From positions 1-30,159 of IMG/VR virus record IMGVR_UViG_3300050821_010409: 30,159 nucleotides of DNA; one strand, written 5' to 3'. The translations under genes were made by a program, and so were the position numbers. Source of the DNA: a virus. Taxonomy: Duplodnaviria > Heunggongvirae > Uroviricota > Caudoviricetes. Below the pieces are notes generated by a model. The model was not told the DNA's origin. It was given only the letters and a program-made list of their open reading frames with translations, and did no database searches. How positions within the stretch are numbered: position 1 is the first letter of the stretch; each line of letters opens with the position of its first letter. This document shows, one piece after another, positions 23,826 through 30,159 of the stretch.

Positions 23826-24224
23826 ATGGACGTGCGGCTGGACGACGCGGCCATCACCGCCCTGCTGGACGACGAGCACGGCATGGTCGGCCGGTACCTG
23901 CAAGACCTGGCGGACCAGGCGGCGGCCGTCGCGCGGGCCCGGGTCCCTGTGCGCGCCACGCCGTCCTGGAGCGCGCGCAGCAACGCCCGGCCGCCTGGCT
24001 TCACCAAGGCATCCGTGCACACCCGGATAGGGCACCGGTCCGGGGGGTCGCTGTGGGCCAGTGCCAACGCGCCCGCGGACCCGGCCGTCTTCCTGGAGTA
24101 CCCGCGGGAGGACCGCGTCAAGGAGCCGTTCCTGACCGTCGGCCTCTGGTCCCTGATCGGCCGGATCTTATGGCGCCCCTGTTGCGGCCTGAGGCGGGTG
24201 AACAGTAATGGCCACCCTCGGTGA
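23826..24224 (+). CDS. HK97 gp10-like tail component
   Basis: RBS ggaggg; G+VGRYL...AAAVAR...PV...G..KASV...AVFLE...PFL pattern. Confidence 0.65.
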   Translation: MDVRLDDAAITALLDDEHGMVGRYLQDLADQAAAVARARVPVRATPSWSARSNARPPGFTKASVHTRIGHRSGGSLWASANAPADPAVFLEYPREDRVKEPFLTVGLWSLIGRILWRPCCGLRRVNSNGHPR

Positions 24225-27200
24225 GGCCTGGGTTACGGTCAGCCCGGACGCGAGCGGCTTCCGGCTCAAGGCAGATGCCGCGATCCGGACCGCGCTGGCC
24301 GGGATCAACCCCGACGTCAGCGTCAAGGTGAAGGCAGACACCACCGGCGCCCTGGCGTCCATCGTCAACCTCCGGGCCCGGATGGACGCCCTGTCGGCCA
24401 ACCTCGCCAGCATCAAGATCGGCGCGGACGGCAAGCCGGCCCTGGCCACCATCACCACGCTGCAGGGCAAGCTGCTCGCGCTGGCCAAGACGGTCGCGGA
24501 CATCACGCTGAGCGCGGACACCTCCGCGATCGACGCGAAGATCGCCGCGCTGCAGGCGAAGCTGGCCGCCCTGGTGCGCAAGTCCTCTGACCTGCAGATC
24601 GACGCGGACACCACGGCTGCCATCTCTAAGATCGCCAACCTGGAGCTTGAGGCGCACGGCCTGGAGGCAGCACTCAATCACCTGACGGCGGACATTGAGA
24701 TTGACGCCGCAGTGGCCCGGCTGTATGCCATTGAGGCCGAGCTGCAGGTGCTGAGGTCGGACGCCAGGAACATTGAGGTCACTGCGCAGACGGCAGCCAT
24801 CAAGGCGGCTATCGCGGCCGTCACCGCAGAAATTACAGCACTGCAGGCCAAGGCGCATGACATCCGGATGAACGTGGACACCGGCAGCCTTATCGCAGCG
24901 CAGGCATCACTGCTCGGCCTGGAGGTCGCGGCCGAGAAGGTGGGGACGGCGGTTGAGGACGCGGCGCGCGCGCAGGCTGACCTGATCGCCTCCACCAGGG
25001 GGGTGACGGTCGCGCAGAACCTGCTCGCCATCGCCCTGGGGAACACCCAGCCCATGTGGACCAGGGCCACCGGCGGCATGGCGGCCCTGGCGGGAACGGG
25101 CGGCATCCTGGGGAACGCCTTTGGCATCCTGGGAACGAAAGTCACCCTGTTCGGCGGCCTCCTGCAAGGGCTGCTGCCCGCCTGGGCCACGCACATCTCC
25201 GTCATGCACATCGCCGCCGACGTGCTGGTGGAGCTGATCGCCGTCTGGGGCGGCGCGGCCGTCGCCGCCGGGGCCTTCGGGGTGGCCGCCTCCGATGCCG
25301 TGCAGGAAGTCGCCCGGCGGATGACCAACCTGCACATCGCCGCGGATGCCACCACGCAGTCCATGTACCCGCTGACGGGCGCCCTGGAGACCCTGCACAA
25401 CGCGGTCCGGCCGGAGGTGTACCAGGTCTTCGGTGACGCGCTGGTGGTCGCCAAGGCGCACACCGGGGACTTCCAGAAAATCGTGCGGGAGACTGGCCCG
25501 GTCGTTGACCAGCTGGCCGGCCGGATGACGGCCGCGCTGACATCTGGCACGGCCTTCGACATCTTCACCAAGAACGCCAAGAGCAGCCTGCTGGGCCTGG
25601 GCACGGCATTCGGCAACGTGTTCGGCGCGATCGGCAACGTCCTGAATGTCGTGCCCGATTACGCCCAGAAGCTGCTGACCCTTGGCGTGGCCCTGACCGG
25701 CGTCCTGGAGAACGTCACCCGGATGCTGGAGCCGGTGCTGCGCTGGGGCCTGGTCATTCACGGGGCGTTCATCTACATCGGGCTGGCCACGTCGCTGGCC
25801 GTCGCCTTCTACTCCAAGGCCCTGGTCCCGCTGGCAGGCGCTTTCTACGCCGCAGCGCAGGCAGCGGCCATTTACGTCGCCGGCCTGGTCGCGGTGGCCA
25901 CCAGTGAGGAAGGCGTCATCACGCTGACGGGCGTGCTGGACGCCGCGCTGGCCGTCTTCAAGAGCATCAGCCCGCTCGGCTGGATCACGATCGTCGTAGC
26001 CGGGCTGGTGGCCCTGGCCCTGTGGCTGCACAACAGCTCCAGTGCGGCCAACGACTTCACGGCCTCCATCCAGAAGGTGGTGGGCAGTGCCGGCGTGGCC
26101 CAGACCCTGGGCATCCTGGCGCAGTCCATCGCGGCGACCAGGCAGCAGCTGGTCCAGTCTGAGGGCGCCGCCCAGATGTACTCCGCCGCCATCAGCAAGG
26201 TCGACGGCGTCCTGAGCGTTGGCGGCCACGACCGGTCGCTTGCCTCCCAGCAGCTCCAGGCCCTGCGCCAGGGGTATGAAGGGGCCACCAACGCCTCGCA
26301 GGCATATGCCCATGAGCTGGCCGTGCTCCAGGGCAACCAGCAGACGTTCAATGGCCACCTCCAGGACATCGCGAAGATCACGGGATCCACGTCCTCAGCC
26401 CTGGGAGCGCTCACGGCAGCAGGCATCACCCAGAACCAGATGCTGGACAAGAACGTCCAGGACTGGGCAGCCACCACGGCGCAGGTCCTGGGAACGCTCG
26501 CTGCCTACAAGGCGATGAACGGAACCGCCGGGGCGCTGAACAATAACCTGGACGTCCTCAGCCGCACCGAGACGGACCAGTACACCGCCACGCAGAAGCT
26601 GAACCAGGGCTGGAGCTCGTTCATCGGTGACGTCACCGGCAGCCAGGGCACCTTCGACACCCTCGCGCTCGGCATGGTCACGCTGGACCAGAACTTCCAG
26701 AAGGCCGGCGGCAGCGGTGAGACGCTGCGGAACACGCTCGGCAAGCTGAGCGTCACCGGGACGCTGACCGGGGCGTCCATGGACGGCCTGAACCAGGCGA
26801 GCCTGGACCTCAACCAGGCGTTCGGCACCCAGGTGTCCAACGCCAACGCGCTGTTCGCCAGCTGGCGCACGGCCGGGCTGGCCGGCAACCTGTTCACCCA
26901 GGGCGTCAAGGACGCCATCATCCCGCTGGTCAAGTACGCGTCCGGGTCCAAGGAGGCCACCGCGCAGCTCGTGGCCCTGGCGCAGGAAGCGGGCTACCAC
27001 GGGACCGCGTCACTGAAGGACCTGACGAACTGGCTCGGGCAGGCCGCCGTCAAGTCGGACGAGTTCACCTCCACCGTCAAGAACCTGCTGATCCCGATGG
27101 TGGCCGCCGACAAGGGCGCCAAGAACGCGTCGGCCTCCATGCTGGCGCTGGCCAAGCAGGCGGGCTACACCGGCGGCACCAGCATCAAGGACCTCACGGA

Positions 27201-30159
27201 CTGGCTGAACTCTGCTGGCACGGCGACCCAGAACGTCAAGGACATCACCGACCAGGCCACCACCCAGGAGGCCCTGCTCACCGACGCGATGCAGGCGCAA
27301 GGCGACTACATTGCCAACACGCTGATCGGTGACATCAACCAGGCGATCCTGAAGTACGACGGCGTGCAGAAGGCCGCCGCGAATTACGGTAACGCGCTCG
27401 CCCAGTTCGGGAAGGGGTCCACGCAGGCCAAGGCGGCCCAGGACGCCCTGGTGAAATCCCTGATCGCGGCCGGGATGGCGGCCAACGACTCCGGGCCGCA
27501 GATCGCGGCGATGATCGCCAAGGTGCTCGGCGTCTCCATGCAGGATGCCATCAAGCTGATGGCCACCCTGGGCGACAACATCTCCAAGACGTCGGTGAAC
27601 GCCCAGAAGGCCTCGGCCCTCATCGACAAGACCTTCATCAAGACGCTGCAGCAGATTGGCTTTGACACCCCGGGCATCAACAGCGACATCACCAAGTTCT
27701 CCCAGGCCATCTTGTCCAGCGGGGACAACTCCAACAAGACCCAGAGCGCCCGCGACCAGCTCATCAAGGACCTGGAGGCGGTGGGCGTGCAGTCCAAGGT
27801 CGCCCAGCAGCTGGTCACCAACCTGCAGAACCAGATCGACAAGCTGCACGGCGCGTCGCTGCCCATCGGCCTGGTGGCCAGCGGCAAGGGCAAGATCACC
27901 GCGGAGCAGACCATCACCGGCAGCACCCAGCAGGTGATCGGCAACCTGCTGTTCGTGGCCAAGGGCGGCCAGGTGCCCGGCTCTGGAAACTCTGACAGCG
28001 TGTTCGCGATGCTGACGCCGGGAGAGGTCGTCATCCCCCGCAACATGGTGCGGTCCGGCGCCATCGACCACCTGCGCGGCGCGCTGCCCGGCTTCGCCGG
28101 CGGCGGCGTGGTCGGGGTGGCTGGCGTGCAGGCCGTGCAGGACAAGTTCGTCCAGGGCACCGGCCAGGGATTCGAGGTGGCGATGGGCACGCGCTTCGAG
28201 AAGGCCGCCAATGCCGCGCTCGTCAGGGCCATCGCCGCTGCCGTGAAGGGCGCGTTCCTGGGCCCTGGGTCGGCGAACTACGCCGCCGACATCACCACGG
28301 TGCTGAGCTCCCTTGGCCTGCCGTTGTCGCTTGTTGCCAACTGGTTGCGACAAATTCAAACAGAGTGCGTGACACTTGACGTCATGATACTGACGCGGGA
28401 TGGCTGGAAGAAGCATGACGAAGTACAGCCTGGTGACGAGACCATCGGCTATAACCCCGTTACGGGCGTCAGTGAATGGACGCGGGTTACCCGGGTGCAG
28501 CACTACGAGAGCGCTCCCGTCGTCCGCTTCGGCAATGAGCACTGGGAAGCTGTCGCAACCCCGAATCACCGCTGGCTGATGGAGACCGTCGTCCGGCGCC
28601 GTGAAGGCGCGTTCACGGAACTCCAGTGCCCGGATTGCGGGGCCACGGGAAGCAGCCGCGGGCCATTCCGGTCCCCGCGAGCCGTGCAGGTTCACCGGGG
28701 CAAGGAGCACAAGGAGCCCGTTACCGTCCACAAGCGCGGCGTGGGCACTTATGAGCAGGTCACAAGCACGGCGCTCGTCAAGCTGGAAGACAAGGCCCCA
28801 GGCCAGCGCATCGTTCTCGCGCGTCTTGCGAACCTGGGTGACGAGTTGCCCGTGTCCGTCCGTGAGGCTGCGCTGCTCGGCTGGATCGCGGGTGACGGCT
28901 GCGTCATGGCAAGCAAGCCCGTCTGGCGGAAGGCGCCTCCTGCTCCCCCCGTGAACTGGCAGGAGCGCACGCAGGACGCGCCATTCGGGCTGCGGCGCGA
29001 TGGCACGCCAAGGAAGGGTGCCGGAGGCAGGCCCTATGAAGACCCGGATCGTACGCGCGTGCCAGGCACGAGCGGGCTCTCCGTCACCGTTTCCCAGGCA
29101 AAGGCTGAGCATTTCGCCGCCATCGAAGAAGCGCTGGCAGGCATTCCCGGGGTAGGCCGGTACGCGCAAGACCGCTGCGGGCACAGTAACGGGCCTGGGT
29201 TCGGCACCACCCAGCTCGTCACGCGCACGTGGCACCTCCCCGCAGCGTACGCCCGCGACTTGCTTGCCCGTGCCGGGAACCCGAAGACGGATGCCGTCAG
29301 CCAGGTCCTGCGGATGTCTGCCGCACAGCGTGAGGCATGGCTCGGGGCGATGATCGCGGCAGAAGGCCATCGTGAGCCCTCGAAGACGGTGATCTACCAG
29401 AATGACGGGCCTGTCGCCGACGCGATCGAGCTGGCCGTCTACCTCAGCGGGAACCGCCCGGCCCGGAGGAAGTCCCATGGCGGCTGGGGCATCGGCATCA
29501 CGTCGCCGTACATCGGCGGCCCGTCGCGCGTGATGTTCGTGAAGGATGCGGGTACAGCGCCCGTGTGGTGCTGTACTACGCAGCTGGGCAGCTGGACCGC
29601 ACGGCTTGACGGGCACGTATTCCTCACTGGTAACAGTGGCGGTAATTTGAACGCCGTGAACCTTACCGACTCAAATGCCCAAGCAGGTCACCCTAGTGTT
29701 GGCTTGCTACAGCTCATCCCAAGCACCTTCGCTGCTTACGCTGGTCCCTATATTAACACGCCTCCCTTGGTGAACTACGGCGGCGGCCCGGTGAGCGAGA
29801 ACCCGATGGCGCAGATTTACGCCGCCATCCACTACGCGCTGGCCCGGTACGGGCCCGGGATGGGCAGCGTCATCGGGCAGGGCCACGGGTACGCGGCTGG
29901 CGGCCTCGTGCGGGCCCTGGGCACCTATGACCGGGGCGGCATCCTGCCCGCGGGCGGCATCGGCATCAACACCACGCGCCACGCTGAGATGGTCACGCCC
30001 GCGCAGGGGCCTGGCTCGCTGCACGAGACGAACCTGCGGCTGAACCGCCTCAGCCAGCAACTGGACAAGCTCATCCAGGTGACGGGCACGCAGGGGCAGG
30101 CCTTCGCCCGCGGGCTGTCAGGCAGCGCGGCGCGGGGGGCATCGATGGGCTACTACGGG
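24208..30159 (+). CDS. Tape measure protein with a C-terminal lytic transglycosylase (SLT) domain, 3'-truncated
   Basis: ATG 24208 (MATLGEAWVTV); frame read as open to the window end (1984 codons, absent from the ORF track because it has no stop). Long helical Ala-rich sequence, GGxVPGxGxxDSV motif, SLT motifs E|SGGN and GLLQLIPSTF. Confidence 0.9.
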   Translation, partial: MATLGEAWVTVSPDASGFRLKADAAIRTALAGINPDVSVKVKADTTGALASIVNLRARMDALSANLASIKIGADGKPALATITTLQGKLLALAKTVADITLSADTSAIDAKIAALQAKLAALVRKSSDLQIDADTTAAISKIANLELEAHGLEAALNHLTADIEIDAAVARLYAIEAELQVLRSDARNIEVTAQTAAIKAAIAAVTAEITALQAKAHDIRMNVDTGSLIAAQASLLGLEVAAEKVGTAVEDAARAQADLIASTRGVTVAQNLLAIALGNTQPMWTRATGGMAALAGTGGILGNAFGILGTKVTLFGGLLQGLLPAWATHISVMHIAADVLVELIAVWGGAAVAAGAFGVAASDAVQEVARRMTNLHIAADATTQSMYPLTGALETLHNAVRPEVYQVFGDALVVAKAHTGDFQKIVRETGPVVDQLAGRMTAALTSGTAFDIFTKNAKSSLLGLGTAFGNVFGAIGNVLNVVPDYAQKLLTLGVALTGVLENVTRMLEPVLRWGLVIHGAFIYIGLATSLAVAFYSKALVPLAGAFYAAAQAAAIYVAGLVAVATSEEGVITLTGVLDAALAVFKSISPLGWITIVVAGLVALALWLHNSSSAANDFTASIQKVVGSAGVAQTLGILAQSIAATRQQLVQSEGAAQMYSAAISKVDGVLSVGGHDRSLASQQLQALRQGYEGATNASQAYAHELAVLQGNQQTFNGHLQDIAKITGSTSSALGALTAAGITQNQMLDKNVQDWAATTAQVLGTLAAYKAMNGTAGALNNNLDVLSRTETDQYTATQKLNQGWSSFIGDVTGSQGTFDTLALGMVTLDQNFQKAGGSGETLRNTLGKLSVTGTLTGASMDGLNQASLDLNQAFGTQVSNANALFASWRTAGLAGNLFTQGVKDAIIPLVKYASGSKEATAQLVALAQEAGYHGTASLKDLTNWLGQAAVKSDEFTSTVKNLLIPMVAADKGAKNASASMLALAKQAGYTGGTSIKDLTDWLNSAGTATQNVKDITDQATTQEALLTDAMQAQGDYIANTLIGDINQAILKYDGVQKAAANYGNALAQFGKGSTQAKAAQDALVKSLIAAGMAANDSGPQIAAMIAKVLGVSMQDAIKLMATLGDNISKTSVNAQKASALIDKTFIKTLQQIGFDTPGINSDITKFSQAILSSGDNSNKTQSARDQLIKDLEAVGVQSKVAQQLVTNLQNQIDKLHGASLPIGLVASGKGKITAEQTITGSTQQVIGNLLFVAKGGQVPGSGNSDSVFAMLTPGEVVIPRNMVRSGAIDHLRGALPGFAGGGVVGVAGVQAVQDKFVQGTGQGFEVAMGTRFEKAANAALVRAIAAAVKGAFLGPGSANYAADITTVLSSLGLPLSLVANWLRQIQTECVTLDVMILTRDGWKKHDEVQPGDETIGYNPVTGVSEWTRVTRVQHYESAPVVRFGNEHWEAVATPNHRWLMETVVRRREGAFTELQCPDCGATGSSRGPFRSPRAVQVHRGKEHKEPVTVHKRGVGTYEQVTSTALVKLEDKAPGQRIVLARLANLGDELPVSVREAALLGWIAGDGCVMASKPVWRKAPPAPPVNWQERTQDAPFGLRRDGTPRKGAGGRPYEDPDRTRVPGTSGLSVTVSQAKAEHFAAIEEALAGIPGVGRYAQDRCGHSNGPGFGTTQLVTRTWHLPAAYARDLLARAGNPKTDAVSQVLRMSAAQREAWLGAMIAAEGHREPSKTVIYQNDGPVADAIELAVYLSGNRPARRKSHGGWGIGITSPYIGGPSRVMFVKDAGTAPVWCCTTQLGSWTARLDGHVFLTGNSGGNLNAVNLTDSNAQAGHPSVGLLQLIPSTFAAYAGPYINTPPLVNYGGGPVSENPMAQIYAAIHYALARYGPGMGSVIGQGHGYAAGGLVRALGTYDRGGILPAGGIGINTTRHAEMVTPAQGPGSLHETNLRLNRLSQQLDKLIQVTGTQGQAFARGLSGSAARGASMGYYG
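28366..29634 (+). mobile_element. Intein (423 aa) with a LAGLIDADG homing endonuclease, inside the tape measure protein
   Basis: Starts CVTLDVMILTRDGW, block B ATPNHRW, LAGLIDADG-like LLGWIAGDG and LGAMIAAEG, ends VWCCTT...FLTGN followed by +1 Ser. Confidence 0.92.

Noticed and set aside
24118-30060. Long - strand ORFs such as 27010..29616 and 24907..26358
   Set aside because: Antisense shadows of the GC3-rich tape measure gene.

Overview
30-kb fragment of a high-GC actinobacterial tailed phage or prophage. The + strand carries a siphovirus head-tail and tail module: Ala/Gly/Thr-repeat proteins (one with two DUF4082-like domains), head-tail adaptor, tail terminator, tail tube, frameshifting tail assembly chaperone, HK97-gp10-like protein, and a tape measure protein that runs off the window and has an intein in its transglycosylase active site. 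The module is interrupted by about 14 kb of accessory DNA, including four HNH/NUMOD4 genes, a frameshifted CgeB-like glycosyltransferase and papain-like peptidases. Main result: a leftward region (about 19.7 to 11.9 kb) encodes a nuclease-less Nop-domain, IS110-related protein (12137-13033). It is flanked by dual-repeat arrays (short repeat, ~9-nt spacer, second short repeat, 6-9-nt spacer; 32-35 nt period), consistent with a TIGR-Tas (TasA-like) RNA-guided system. About 11 such arrays (roughly 70 units, counted by eye) are scattered from 4.1 to 23.8 kb, some with their own promoter-like motif. Interleaved with them are two non-coding RNA families I cannot assign: three tRNA/tmRNA-like RNAs of 150-165 nt with two variable arms, and two ~112-nt multi-stem RNAs. 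All family assignments come from motif recognition by eye and need HMM or structure searches.
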